IMG/VR virus record: IMGVR_UViG_3300032053_000019
Location: 34,440-98,439 of that record
DNA length: 64,000 nt
Reading direction: 5' to 3' (one strand)
Origin: a virus
The notes beneath the pieces were generated by a model, which saw nothing but the letters and a program-made list of their open reading frames with translations, had not been told where the DNA came from and searched no databases. Positions 15,862-26,273 of this stretch are shown here, piece by piece; the first letter of the stretch is position 1; the number at the start of each line of letters is the position of its first letter. The position numbers and the translations under genes were made by a program.

Positions 15862-17484
15862 ATGTGCGGCATAGTGGGTGTTTGGAATCGGGATGGAGCC
15901 TTTGATTGGGATACATACGATGAGTTGTTCTCTGCGGCGGAGAACCGAGGACAGGATGGATTTGGGATCACTTTGGTTCCTGATATCCGAAAGAAGGAGA
16001 TACTGACCTTCAAGTCCACTAAGACATACTCTGTCGACAAGTGGGCTGTCAAGAATTGGTTAATGGATCCTGCCCCGGTAAAGGGCAGTTTGATCATTGC
16101 GAACTTCCGCGCCCAACCAGAGACGGAAGTTGAAAGTTCCGAGAAGAATCTTCAGCCGATTGTATGTACAAAGGAGGGACTGATCCTTTCCCATAATGGT
16201 TCAGTGGCAAATTTCGTGGTGAACAAATACTCCGACTATCAAACAAAGATTGATAGTGAAGTCATTCTCAAGTCCTATCAAACGAGTCGTAATATGGGGA
16301 AAGTTATGGAGGAGATGGTGGGTGGGTTTGCTTTTCTTCTCTATGATCAAGAAGTCAATCGTCTGTTCTGTGTCAATGACTTTAAGCCGCTGGCGATCTG
16401 TTGTATCAGAGGAAAGGGAGTTATACTCCACTCATGTCTTGATGTAATTGAATCAGTAACCAGGAAGATCACTGATGCTCCCCGGTGCGGCATGAACGTG
16501 TGGGAGGACTGGTATTATCATTGGCAGGATGGCAACACCATTCGGGAGATTGATCTTGATAGTGGAATGGAAAGAATCACGACCTTCCAACCCAACCGAT
16601 ACCATCCGGTGTGGAAGCCTTCGCCGAAGATCAATAGCGAGTCCGTCCTGGTCTCTTCATCGGGTGGGATTGACAGCGGCCTGTCTGCGTTCGTCATGAG
16701 GCGTCTGGGATACCGAGTGACTCTGGTGAACTTCAACTATGGTCAGCGGGGCTGGGAGGCAGAGAGTTTGGCCTCCAGGCGCCTTGCTGATTACATGGGT
16801 TCGGAGTGGGTTGGCATTGATCTACAGAACATCTTCAAGGGAGATCCTTCGTCATTGATTAGACCGACCATTCCTATCGAGACAGGGACGGAGAGTTACA
16901 TCAAGACAACGACTGCGTGGGTTAGCAATCGCAACGCAATTTTCCTATCCATCCTTGCCTCGTTGGCGGAACAGCAGATCCTGAGTAACAAGTCGGATCG
17001 AGTTCACCTCGTTACCGGAATGAGTAATCTCACCGAGGAGGGCTTCTATCCTGACAACTCAGAGTACTTCGTTCGTGCCTTCCTGGAGATGACTAAATAC
17101 TCAACACTAGTCGGTGATCGTATCACTTACGTTTCGGTTATGCAACAGATTATGAAGTCCGAGGAGTGGATCCTCGGTAAGGAGCTAGACTTTCCCTTTG
17201 GGATGACAGTGAGTTGTGACCAGCCCTACGTGAACGAGAAAAAGGAAATACTTTTGTGTCGGCAGTGCGGTTCAACTCTTCTTAGCATCTGGGCCGCCGA
17301 GATGGCTGGTGTTGAGGATCCCAGACAGTTTTATGACTTAGAGGGACTACCCGTCATGGAAAAGAGGATTACTAAAGGAAGTAAAAATAAGGTTGACTAT
17401 GCGGACCTGGTCCGGCGAATCAAACTGCCTAGTAAAAAGGACTATGATAGACTGGCTGATCTTTTGATGGGTCCGAGGAATTGA
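15862..17484 (+). CDS. gat-queC: glutamine amidotransferase-QueC fusion (Gat-QueC)
   Basis: N-term MCGI, RGQDG, HNG, IDSE (class II GATase); C-term SSGGIDS, NYGQR, NRNAIFL, YPDN, CRQCGS. Confidence 0.9.
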   Translation: MCGIVGVWNRDGAFDWDTYDELFSAAENRGQDGFGITLVPDIRKKEILTFKSTKTYSVDKWAVKNWLMDPAPVKGSLIIANFRAQPETEVESSEKNLQPIVCTKEGLILSHNGSVANFVVNKYSDYQTKIDSEVILKSYQTSRNMGKVMEEMVGGFAFLLYDQEVNRLFCVNDFKPLAICCIRGKGVILHSCLDVIESVTRKITDAPRCGMNVWEDWYYHWQDGNTIREIDLDSGMERITTFQPNRYHPVWKPSPKINSESVLVSSSGGIDSGLSAFVMRRLGYRVTLVNFNYGQRGWEAESLASRRLADYMGSEWVGIDLQNIFKGDPSSLIRPTIPIETGTESYIKTTTAWVSNRNAIFLSILASLAEQQILSNKSDRVHLVTGMSNLTEEGFYPDNSEYFVRAFLEMTKYSTLVGDRITYVSVMQQIMKSEEWILGKELDFPFGMTVSCDQPYVNEKKEILLCRQCGSTLLSIWAAEMAGVEDPRQFYDLEGLPVMEKRITKGSKNKVDYADLVRRIKLPSKKDYDRLADLLMGPRN

Positions 17485-17486
17485 TC

Positions 17487-18200
17487 ATGGTAAAAAGTAG
17501 ACGTCCCGTCCTGATGTTCAGTGGGGGGCTTGACTCATTGATTGCCTGGTTTGCTTTGGGCAAGCCAAAGGCAGTTCATGTTCACTTGGGTCATCGCTAC
17601 GGAGCATCGGAATACTTTACGTCTATGAGCATTGCGAAGCGATTAGGCATGGACTTGATCATTGAGAAACGATTGTACCTCGGTGATCAGGAAGCACCTG
17701 ATGCCTATATCCCAATGCGTAATCTTTTTCTTGCCATGATTGGTGCACTTTACGGGGACGATATTTACTTGGTATTCCAAAAAGGTGAGCAGTCCATTCC
17801 TGATCGTTCGCCTGAGTTCCTGGATAAGGCGTCAGAGATGCTATCGTTCCTTAATGAACGAAGGATCGTGGTGGACAGTCCCTTTCATAATATGACGAAG
17901 TCAGGCATGATCAGGTGGTACCTTGATCAAGGCAACGAAAAGTGTCCGGTTGATGTTCTCTATAAGTCATTCTCCTGCTTTGGATCGGACTCAACAAAGG
18001 TTCCTTGCGGAGAGTGTGCCGCCTGTTTCAGGCGATGGGTAGCCTTTGAGAATAATGGACTGAGTCTTGCCCTTCGTGCAGATATCAAAGAGTGGGCAGG
18101 AATTCCTGGTTACATTAAACGGGTGAAGGCCGGAGAGTATGATCTTGATCGTGCTAGGGAAATTGAGGGGGTCTTAAGGAGGCATGGATTATGGAAGTAA
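17487..18200 (+). CDS. queC: 7-cyano-7-deazaguanine synthase-like protein (second QueC)
   Basis: FSGGLDS, YIPMRNLFL, MTKS, SFSC...PCGECAACFRR. Confidence 0.88.
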   Translation: MVKSRRPVLMFSGGLDSLIAWFALGKPKAVHVHLGHRYGASEYFTSMSIAKRLGMDLIIEKRLYLGDQEAPDAYIPMRNLFLAMIGALYGDDIYLVFQKGEQSIPDRSPEFLDKASEMLSFLNERRIVVDSPFHNMTKSGMIRWYLDQGNEKCPVDVLYKSFSCFGSDSTKVPCGECAACFRRWVAFENNGLSLALRADIKEWAGIPGYIKRVKAGEYDLDRAREIEGVLRRHGLWK

Positions 18201-19282
18201 AAGTTTCCGGAGTGGAAGTTGAACGAGTCTTGAGTGCGGTATTGAGGTTTACTGAACCAAACAATTTTCTTCCAGCAAGTGATTTGGTAATTTTTGATCG
18301 TATATACATAATTACCACCATGGTTTGGGGGGGATGCGTTCACCTCAGTAGTTTCTTCAAAACGGAGAAGCCGCTAGGTCTTCCTGTCGACTTGCTAAAG
18401 AGGGTTCGTGCGGGTCTTGAGGGTAGGTTAGACAAGGAGGTAACTATCATTCTGGACGAGGTAGCGGAAGACATTTCCTTTAGGGTGGGACGTGATCGTA
18501 GTGTGGTTCGTGCCCAAACAGCACTGAAGTATACAACCCCCGATCGTATAAAGTCGGATGATGTCGTCTTGTATGAGGCCACTGGTGATGTAGTTGGTGA
18601 TCTTCAGAAGTTGTTGTTTTCCTGTTCTGACAATCCCTATGATGTGAAGTTTAATGGTGTCTGGTGGTCGGAGAATGATCATGCCTGGTATGCGTCGGAT
18701 AACTTTAGGATAACTCGTTTTCCATCGAAATGTAAGTTGGGTCTTGAGGGGAACTTTTTTGTGCCCTCAACCTTTATTGAAAAGTCCGGTGGTTCAACGG
18801 ATAAACTTGAGTTTGTGGGACTTGATGAAAACTCTTGTTTGTTTTTCTTCAAGGACTATATTACATCGTTCCTGGTGATGGAACACAAGATGCCTCCCTT
18901 TGCCTCAGCCTTTGCGGGTGCAAGGGAGGAGGCATTATCCTCAGAACAAAGATTTACAATTAACATGCCGAAAGAGGATGTTGCACGATATCGAAAAACA
19001 TTCCGAGAGGCAGGATCTGCTCCGGATATCAACATATACAAACGAGACGATGGGGTCTATATGCTGGACGCCCAGTATAAGCATACCCAAACGGGTAGTT
19101 TTGAGACGGAGGTTGATCTAGTCGATGTTTCGGGGGAGATCGCCTTTACGATTGATGGTACCTTCCTGTTGGATGCTCTTGAGCGGTTTAGTACTTTTTA
19201 CCTGGTGGAGAAAAAGCACATCTACGCAAAGAACGAGGAGTCAGGAATGGAGCAACTTATTGCATGGAAGATAAGAGGATAA
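18191..19282 (+). CDS. putative DNA sliding clamp (beta-clamp-like)
   Basis: 363 aa; FNGVWW...YASDNFRI, FFVP, FTIDGTFLLDAL resemble DnaN; next to polymerase. Confidence 0.6.
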   Translation: MEVKVSGVEVERVLSAVLRFTEPNNFLPASDLVIFDRIYIITTMVWGGCVHLSSFFKTEKPLGLPVDLLKRVRAGLEGRLDKEVTIILDEVAEDISFRVGRDRSVVRAQTALKYTTPDRIKSDDVVLYEATGDVVGDLQKLLFSCSDNPYDVKFNGVWWSENDHAWYASDNFRITRFPSKCKLGLEGNFFVPSTFIEKSGGSTDKLEFVGLDENSCLFFFKDYITSFLVMEHKMPPFASAFAGAREEALSSEQRFTINMPKEDVARYRKTFREAGSAPDINIYKRDDGVYMLDAQYKHTQTGSFETEVDLVDVSGEIAFTIDGTFLLDALERFSTFYLVEKKHIYAKNEESGMEQLIAWKIRG

Positions 19283-19284
19283 CT

Positions 19285-20313
19285 ATGGAAGAGATCCGAG
19301 ACTTCAAGGTCTTCTTCGTTATGACTTCGGGGGCACTGGAGCGCATGACCCGATTTGTTCAGCAGGGAATACTTCGTCGTATCCTATCCAGTTTTGTATA
19401 CAAGGATCTCATTGATAAGTTGGCGAAGAATCTTGGTCCAGAGCACACAAAGAAAATGGACATCTTGATTGACTCCGGTGCCTTTACTGTTATGACTCAA
19501 GGGAAGGTAATAAACATTAGTGAGTATGTAGATTATCTGCGGGCCTTTACTGCGGAGGATCGGTGGGCCAGTGTCTATGCCTTCAACCTTGACGTAATTC
19601 CGGAGTTGGATAAGTTTGGCCATCTTAGTCACGAGACAGAGGAGAAAGCCGCCGAGGCGTCATTCAAGAATTATCTTTACTTAACTGAACAAGCAAAGTT
19701 GGACTTCATCATTCCCGTTTATCATTATCGAGAAAATCTTAAGTGGTTGAAGAAAATAGTGGAGTCAGGTTGTCAGTACTTTGCTTTCGGTGGAATGTCC
19801 GGGAAGGTCAAGAGTTCGGCGGTAAAGAAAAAGGCCTTTTCAGAATTGTTCCTCCGTCTTGAGGAGTATGGATATAAGGGCAAGGTTCACATGTTGGGCC
19901 TTTGTATGCCGGAGGTCCTTTGTTCAAATGCCTGGTATTCAGTGGATGCCACTATTACGAAGTCGGCTGGGTATGGTCATATCTATTTGTTTGACGAAAA
20001 GTCAAAGAACAAAGTTTCAGTATGCCCGGTTTCGCCGATTAGGGGAAGGCATGAGTCAGTCATGGGCGCTCACTCCTCAGACTCCTATCTTGCTGATCAA
20101 CTAAAAGTGATTGGTATGGGTGATATCACTATTGAGGAAATGACCACAAGTTTCTGGGCAAGAGTTGAGGCCTGTTTCCGATCATGGTCAATGTTTGAAG
20201 ATTTCGTAAATCGTCGACGAAAGGAACTTGGACGGAACTGCGTTTATGATATCGGGATACAACGTGATGTTCATAGTTTTTGGAATGGGTTTGGTCATGA
20301 CGATAAAGCGTAG
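19285..20313 (+). CDS. dpdA: DpdA-like DNA-guanine transglycosylase (TGT fold)
   Basis: IDSGAF, NLDVIP, IPVYH, AFGGM, VHMLGL, YSVDAT; within que cluster. Confidence 0.82.
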   Translation: MEEIRDFKVFFVMTSGALERMTRFVQQGILRRILSSFVYKDLIDKLAKNLGPEHTKKMDILIDSGAFTVMTQGKVINISEYVDYLRAFTAEDRWASVYAFNLDVIPELDKFGHLSHETEEKAAEASFKNYLYLTEQAKLDFIIPVYHYRENLKWLKKIVESGCQYFAFGGMSGKVKSSAVKKKAFSELFLRLEEYGYKGKVHMLGLCMPEVLCSNAWYSVDATITKSAGYGHIYLFDEKSKNKVSVCPVSPIRGRHESVMGAHSSDSYLADQLKVIGMGDITIEEMTTSFWARVEACFRSWSMFEDFVNRRRKELGRNCVYDIGIQRDVHSFWNGFGHDDKA

Positions 20314-22897
20314 TAATACCAACGTCTTTTTCGATTCCGAGGAGATGCTGAGTCCTCGTGAGATAAAGGACGAGTTTGGACTTGCTATCTCTAGAAATCG
20401 GAAGTACGAGTATAGGTTGTATTCCCTGGAGGAAGTCAAACAAATGCTGACTGAGCAGGCGTTGCATCCGGTCCAGAAAACGTCGCGCACTCGGTCGGCG
20501 ACCAATGGGATGGATCCCTGTTTGAAGTGTCCTCTGTACCAAGGCCCTGAGAAGATGGTAAAGGCAACTGCCAACATTGAAACTGCAAGTGTTTTGTTTG
20601 TCGGTGAGGCGCCTGGTGAGGAGGAGGTCAAGCAGGGCACTCCGTTTGTTGGTCCGGCTGGTCGGCGTCTTCGTTGGTTCATTACTGAGGCGGGGTTGAT
20701 TGAGGAGGAGTGTGCCTTTGTCAATACCTGTCGGTGCCGGCCTCCAGTCAAGGATCGGCCCTACGAGGCAGTGGAGTCGAACCGTCGGCCAGAACCTATT
20801 GAAGTTGCCCATTGCTCCCGGTATCTTGAGGATGATCTACAGCGGTTCAAGGGAAAGTTGATCGTGTTGCTTGGTAATACTCCACTTGATGCTATACTGG
20901 GAAGGTGGAGAGTGGGCACCGCCCACGGTTATGGTTTCTTAAAGGAAGGTCGTCGTTATTATGTTATGTATCATCCTTCCTATATCATGCGTGCTAAGCC
21001 ACCGTTTGCTTTAGATCCCATGTATCATGAGGAGATGCGGAAGATAAAAGTATTCCTTGAATCTGATCACAAGATCCCTTATAATATAGTTGATAATTGT
21101 GATAAGACAGAAACGATGGTCCAGTCAATTCTGTACGAGGCGGAGCAACGAGATGAGGGAGCAGTTGTGAATTTCGATATTGAGTCATCGGGATTCGACC
21201 CACTTGCTGAAGGGGCTCAGGTGGTGTCGATGTCCTTTACTCTTCGTGATGGTCCGACTTGGTGGGTGCCAATGAATCATCGCGAGAGTCCCAATCTTGA
21301 TCATCATGTCGAGATTGCGGAGATAGTTAAGCCACTATTCACTGATCCTAGAGTCAAGATGGTGGCTCAGAACGCTAAGTTCGACTTAAAGTTCATGCAG
21401 GCCATCTATGGGGTTAGATCAACAAACCTTTGGTTGGATACTCAACTAGCTGTCTTCCTGTTAGAGGGAAAGTATAGTCCTCAGGGCTTGCACCAGTGCG
21501 CGTGGAAGTTCACGGACTATGGTGGATGGGATATTGATGCTAGTAACTTTGTTGAGGAAAGTTTGGCGAAGATTGCTGACTATAATACGATGGATACTTT
21601 TGTCGGCGATGCTTTGGCGAAGGTATATGAGGCGAAGTTATCCCCCACTGCCTTTGAGTTCCTCATTACAATCCTGACGAAGGCGGTCTATACTCTCATT
21701 GAGATGGAGTTGGAGGGAGTGACCCTGGATCTCAAGGTACTTGAGGAAACCTATAAGAAATACAACGAAGAGGCGTGCACCCTATTTAATAAGTTAGCCT
21801 CCTACGAAGAGGTGAAGGTGGTTGCCCAGAAACTTCAGAGGGATGTAAACTTTAATTCAAGTCCCCATCTTCGTGCCATCCTGGAGGAGTTGAAACTTGT
21901 TCCAGAAAAGAAAACCAAAAAGACACACGCAGTGTCAGTGGATGAGGAGGCGTTGGAAACAATCAAGGGGAAGCACCCCTTCGTAACCGACCTGTTAAAG
22001 TACCGAACGACAGCAAAGATCCTTGGTACCTATCTCATGCCTTATACCGAACGTAATACTGCTGGTGTGGTTCGTGGTGAGTATATGCTGACCAGGACGG
22101 CAACCGGTCGTCCCGCCTGCCAAAAGCCAAACTTCCAGAACATACCGAAAGAGATCCGTCCGGTGTTTCGATCAAAGAGGGGATTGTTTGTTGAGGTTGA
22201 CTATTCCCAAATGGAACTTCGAGTGTTGGCCATGTACTCGCATGATCAGGCCTTGATTGATGCCTTTCATACGGGGGAGGATATTCACGAGGTGACTCGG
22301 ATGGCGATCTTCGGTCCGAATGATCATCTGTCTGAGTTGGCGCAAGCAAAGCAGAGGGTTGAGGCAAAGAGTGTAAACTTCGGAATAGTTTATGGTGAGT
22401 CTGCACATGGTCTGTCTAAGCAGTTAAAGATATCAATGCGGGAAGCGGACAAAAAGATTGAGGCCTTCTATACCAAGTATACCGGAGTCAAGGGATACGT
22501 TGACACGATACGGAAGCAGATTCGTAACCGGGGATATGTTGAAACCTTTTTCGGAAGGCGTAGATACTTTGCCATTGAGAATGCCCGTGAGCAGTCTGAT
22601 TGGGAAGCACTTTTTCGTGAGGGGGTTAATGCACCCATTCAAGGCACCGCCAGTGATCTGGTATTAGATGCGGCGAGTCGTGTATGGATGCTCATGAGAA
22701 AGCGGGATATGGAGTCTCGTATGGTCATGAATGTTCATGACATGATTCTTTTTGACTGCCCAGAGAATGAAGTTCCTGAGATGCTACTTATGATCTATGA
22801 TCAGATGGAGAAGTTTGACTATTCATGGATCAATGTTCCGATCAAAGTTGACGTAGCCATCGGGACAAACTGGGGAGCATTGGCGGTAATTGAATAG
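20297..22897 (+). CDS. family 4 uracil-DNA glycosylase fused to family A DNA polymerase
   Basis: CLKC, VGEAPG, PFVGPAG, CRPP, YHPSY; exonuclease DIES, NAKFD, YNTMD; polymerase TATGR, DYSQMELR, KSVNFGIVYG, IQGTASD, VHD. Confidence 0.95.
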   Translation: MTIKRSNTNVFFDSEEMLSPREIKDEFGLAISRNRKYEYRLYSLEEVKQMLTEQALHPVQKTSRTRSATNGMDPCLKCPLYQGPEKMVKATANIETASVLFVGEAPGEEEVKQGTPFVGPAGRRLRWFITEAGLIEEECAFVNTCRCRPPVKDRPYEAVESNRRPEPIEVAHCSRYLEDDLQRFKGKLIVLLGNTPLDAILGRWRVGTAHGYGFLKEGRRYYVMYHPSYIMRAKPPFALDPMYHEEMRKIKVFLESDHKIPYNIVDNCDKTETMVQSILYEAEQRDEGAVVNFDIESSGFDPLAEGAQVVSMSFTLRDGPTWWVPMNHRESPNLDHHVEIAEIVKPLFTDPRVKMVAQNAKFDLKFMQAIYGVRSTNLWLDTQLAVFLLEGKYSPQGLHQCAWKFTDYGGWDIDASNFVEESLAKIADYNTMDTFVGDALAKVYEAKLSPTAFEFLITILTKAVYTLIEMELEGVTLDLKVLEETYKKYNEEACTLFNKLASYEEVKVVAQKLQRDVNFNSSPHLRAILEELKLVPEKKTKKTHAVSVDEEALETIKGKHPFVTDLLKYRTTAKILGTYLMPYTERNTAGVVRGEYMLTRTATGRPACQKPNFQNIPKEIRPVFRSKRGLFVEVDYSQMELRVLAMYSHDQALIDAFHTGEDIHEVTRMAIFGPNDHLSELAQAKQRVEAKSVNFGIVYGESAHGLSKQLKISMREADKKIEAFYTKYTGVKGYVDTIRKQIRNRGYVETFFGRRRYFAIENAREQSDWEALFREGVNAPIQGTASDLVLDAASRVWMLMRKRDMESRMVMNVHDMILFDCPENEVPEMLLMIYDQMEKFDYSWINVPIKVDVAIGTNWGALAVIE

Positions 22898-22906
22898 GAG
22901 GAAAGT

Positions 22907-23209
22907 ATGCACATCAAGGCAAGTCAGATCAGGCAACTGGCGGTCTCACTGGACAAGGAGATCTCGATGAAGGTGATCTTCCCTGCGGCCTACCGGTGGG
23001 AGAAGTTGACGGAAGAGCGGGTGCGCTTCAAGGCACACTCGTTCGCTGGTAACGAGTTCGGTATTGATGTCTACGACGGCAACGATCTCGTCGGAGTCTG
23101 GAGGCCGGGCAAAGGTGATGAGCAAGAGTTCATTGGCGGTGACTTTATGTACCAAGTCATCGGTAATACGAAGACAGCATCGCTATCCGTTTATCGGTGC
23201 AAGGAGTAA
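22907..23209 (+). CDS. hypothetical protein
   Basis: RBS AGGAGG. Confidence 0.65.
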   Translation: MHIKASQIRQLAVSLDKEISMKVIFPAAYRWEKLTEERVRFKAHSFAGNEFGIDVYDGNDLVGVWRPGKGDEQEFIGGDFMYQVIGNTKTASLSVYRCKE

Positions 23210-23212
23210 AGC

Positions 23213-23680
23213 ATGGATAAAGAATTTTTCCCGGTTGAGTTGGTAATCGGAGGCAAGGTTCATGTACTCGACTATCGTAAGGAACTCAAGTGTAGTGAGG
23301 AAACAATTAATGATGATCTCAAAGACCAGCCAAGTTACTTCGCTTGGTATGCCGTCCTTTCTGAGGTCGCCCAGGCCGAGCTTGCTGAGGCTAAAACTAC
23401 GCTTGAACTTGCTGAGGCATCGTTGGATGAGCAGATCCGCACCGAAGGCAAGGATGGAAAGATGACCGAGACGATGGTCAAGAACAGGATTCGATTGGAT
23501 CCTACCTATCAAGCGGCCCAGGACAACTATAGCATCCTTCGGAAGAACGTGGGCATCTTGGGTGCAATCAAGGAATCCTTTTATCATCGTAAGGACGTCC
23601 TTATCTCGTTGGCTTCAAATATGCGGGTGCAGGCAGACCCGTCTATTTATATAAAGAAGCAAGAATTAGCCAAACCTTAA
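23213..23680 (+). CDS. UvsY-like recombination mediator
   Basis: Helical protein with KMTETMVKNRI..DPTY; upstream of SSB and RecA. Confidence 0.6.
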   Translation: MDKEFFPVELVIGGKVHVLDYRKELKCSEETINDDLKDQPSYFAWYAVLSEVAQAELAEAKTTLELAEASLDEQIRTEGKDGKMTETMVKNRIRLDPTYQAAQDNYSILRKNVGILGAIKESFYHRKDVLISLASNMRVQADPSIYIKKQELAKP

Positions 23681-23694
23681 AGGAGGTACAAACA

Positions 23695-24825
23695 ATGGCA
23701 AAACTTTTTGGTGAGACTGAGACCGAATCAGCTCAACGCGTGGTTGACCAGGAGAAAAAGCGCTCTCAGGGCTTTGACTGGTCAGAGAAGCACTGGAGAC
23801 CCAAGAGTGGGCCCGATGGAAACCAGATCCGACTCCTCCCCGCCCGGGCAGGAGCGAAGGTTTCCTATCACCTGTACGCGGCTGTGCACTTCATCAAGCA
23901 CGCCGAGGATGACAAGACCGAGCGGTTCGTCTGTAACCGGGAGACCTACGGGACAAAGTGTCCTGCCTGCGAAGAAATGTTCCGTCTGATCAAACTGAAA
24001 CAGCCGGACGAGGCCAACAAGTTCCGGCCGAAGAGGTTTGGTGTCTTCAACATGATTGACCGGGCGAAGCCGGAGGATGGTGTCAAGTTATACGAGGCAC
24101 CGGTGCAGGGCATCTATCAAAAGATTATGCAGATCATCTCGTCCAAGGGTCGCATGTCAAACCTGTTCGATAAGTTTGACAAGTCGGGCAAACTTGAAAC
24201 CCCTGGTCGGGATCTTGTGCTGACCTTCGACAAGACCGCCCAACCGCAGGCCATGTACAACATTTATCCTACCGACCCCATTCCGTTGGGCACTGAGGAA
24301 GAGATGACCGCCTGGGCTGAGCAGATCGTCGACCTGGATGTGAAGGCATTATATCCGGAGGCGGACTTCGATCTGGCGGCGATCAAGACATTCGGTAATG
24401 CGGAGGAGAGAGATCTTCTTCGTGATGAGATGAGGAAGCAACGCGAGGCTGAGGCACCTGCCGAAGAGGCGGTTGCTGAGGAACAAGCGGTTGCCGAAGA
24501 GACTCCTGCTGAAGAGACTCCTGTTGAGGTTGAGGTTGAGGATACGGACGACACCATGGCCAAACTTGAGGCCCAGATGAAGGAACTTCAAGAACGAAAG
24601 GCCACCGCCGCCAAGCAGGCAAAGGAAGAGGCGGAGAAAAAGGCGAAGGTTGAGAAGCCCAAGGAAGAGGCACCCAAGCCTAAACCTGCGGCTCCCAAAC
24701 CCGCCCCGGTAGCCACCACGAAGGCTCCTACGGAGAAGGCAACTAGTGCCCCTCCGCCGCAGGAAAAGCTGGACGATATCCGAAAGAAGATCGAGGCCGC
24801 CAAGGCTCGATTGGGCAAGAAGTAA
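23695..24825 (+). CDS. gp32-like single-stranded DNA-binding protein
   Basis: GNQIRLLP, HF, C..CPACE, GRDL, acidic/Pro-Ala-rich tail. Confidence 0.75.
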   Translation: MAKLFGETETESAQRVVDQEKKRSQGFDWSEKHWRPKSGPDGNQIRLLPARAGAKVSYHLYAAVHFIKHAEDDKTERFVCNRETYGTKCPACEEMFRLIKLKQPDEANKFRPKRFGVFNMIDRAKPEDGVKLYEAPVQGIYQKIMQIISSKGRMSNLFDKFDKSGKLETPGRDLVLTFDKTAQPQAMYNIYPTDPIPLGTEEEMTAWAEQIVDLDVKALYPEADFDLAAIKTFGNAEERDLLRDEMRKQREAEAPAEEAVAEEQAVAEETPAEETPVEVEVEDTDDTMAKLEAQMKELQERKATAAKQAKEEAEKKAKVEKPKEEAPKPKPAAPKPAPVATTKAPTEKATSAPPPQEKLDDIRKKIEAAKARLGKK

Positions 24826-24831
24826 TGTATA

Positions 24832-24920
24832 AGGGTCGTGGTGTAGAGTCGTCCCGAACACGGCTGTTGTGCCCCTCCACTGGCCTTCAGCAGACGCAGG
24901 CGAGCGCCCCTGCCGACCCT
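24832..24920 (+). ncRNA. non-canonical tRNA-like cloverleaf
   Basis: Acceptor AGGGTCG/CGACCCT, T8, D-arm GTGT/ACAC, GCTG/CAGC arm with 21-nt loop, AGAC, GCAGG/CCTGC arm lacking TTC; T-rich tail. Confidence 0.55.
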
Positions 24921-24938
24921 TTCTTTTAAGGAGAAAGT

Positions 24939-25892
24939 ATGACTAAGACAGGCGACCTTCATAACAAACTGGGGACGATTAATCTGGCCGATCGCATAAG
25001 TGAGTTGGTAAAGTTTAGAGTGCCCACCGGCATTCTGGCAATCGACCGCGTTATCGGAGGCGGTATCCCCGCAGGAAAGTTGACTGAACTTTTCGGCGAC
25101 TTCAATACTGGGAAGAGTCGAGTTGCCTGTCATGTCATGGCTGAAACCCAGCGACTAGGTGGTCGAGCTATGTTTGTTGATACAGAGAGATCGCTTGATC
25201 AAGGACTGGTCAATCTAACTGGACTGAAGTTGGACGATACCTTCTTTTACCCAGATCCTGATACCGAACTAAAGTCAATTGAGGATGTCTTTAAGGTCAT
25301 TGAGAATGGTATAAAACTTTTTCGTGCGGATAGTCCTGATCAACTCTTGACCATTGTTTGGGATTCAGTTGCCGCCACTCCAGGTATGGAGGATCTTGAA
25401 AATGAACTGGGCGCTCCTGTAGCCGCCATGCGTCGAGCGAAAGTTATCTCCGATGGACTTAAGAAGATTATGTCGCAAGTTTATACAAGTAAGATTTGTC
25501 TAATCTTCATTAACCAGATCCGAGATAAGATGAATGTAATGTATGGTGAGAAGTATGAGACGGTGGGGGGTAAATCCATAAAGTTTACTGCAACCATGCG
25601 TTTACATGTTCATCTTTCTGGAGCGATTCCAAATGCTACAACAAAGGAAATTGATGGATACAAAGGACGATTCGTGGTTGAGAAGTCCAAAGTCTGCCGA
25701 CCCTTCGGGGTGGTGAACTTTGAGATGCTAACTGACAAACCGATTGACACCTACTCAGGATTGCTTGATTACATGGTCAGACATGGTGAGTTGGAAAGTA
25801 TTGCCGGCTGGTACAAGTTTCCTGAACAGACTAAGAAGTTTCGGAGTGAGGACTTTCCTAAGAATTACGAAGAGTTCGTGGGCAAGAAATGA
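24939..25892 (+). CDS. recA: RecA/UvsX recombinase
   Basis: PTGILAID, GDFNTGKS, VDTE, WDSVAA, FINQIR, ETVGGKSIKF. Confidence 0.93.
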   Translation: MTKTGDLHNKLGTINLADRISELVKFRVPTGILAIDRVIGGGIPAGKLTELFGDFNTGKSRVACHVMAETQRLGGRAMFVDTERSLDQGLVNLTGLKLDDTFFYPDPDTELKSIEDVFKVIENGIKLFRADSPDQLLTIVWDSVAATPGMEDLENELGAPVAAMRRAKVISDGLKKIMSQVYTSKICLIFINQIRDKMNVMYGEKYETVGGKSIKFTATMRLHVHLSGAIPNATTKEIDGYKGRFVVEKSKVCRPFGVVNFEMLTDKPIDTYSGLLDYMVRHGELESIAGWYKFPEQTKKFRSEDFPKNYEEFVGKK

Positions 25893-26155
25893 ATAAGTGC
25901 ATACTCTTGAAAATGTATCTGCGTCGTAGTGATCGTACTTTGGTCAGTCAGCTTGTCTATCAACTCTCAGGTCAGCGGCCGAAAGGTTTTGTGGTGGCAG
26001 GGGATAGTGCATTTCTCAGAACTCATGTGGTTCGGATGAAGGCACATAGTGGTGATGAGTTTGCGGTGACTGATGCCGATATCGGAGAGTCCTATAAAGG
26101 CGTGCCTGTCTTTTCCTCCTCCGACTTGAGGAAGGTAGGAGAGTTATGCCAATAA
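25889..26155 (+). CDS. hypothetical protein
   Basis: ATGA overlap. Confidence 0.55.
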   Translation: MNKCILLKMYLRRSDRTLVSQLVYQLSGQRPKGFVVAGDSAFLRTHVVRMKAHSGDEFAVTDADIGESYKGVPVFSSSDLRKVGELCQ

Positions 26156-26273
26156 TGATCTGTGACGAGTGCGGAAAAAAGACTCGTAAACCAAAACTCC
26201 GAAAGGGCCGTGTTTACTGTCCAAGATGCTTTAGGGCTTTTCTAAAAAGATTTGTCGAGATGATTCGGAGAGC

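Noticed and set aside
24440-24760. Short repeats in the SSB tail (GAAGAGACTCCTG twice) and DPP repeats at 56430-56510
   Set aside because: Low-complexity protein linkers, not independent DNA elements.
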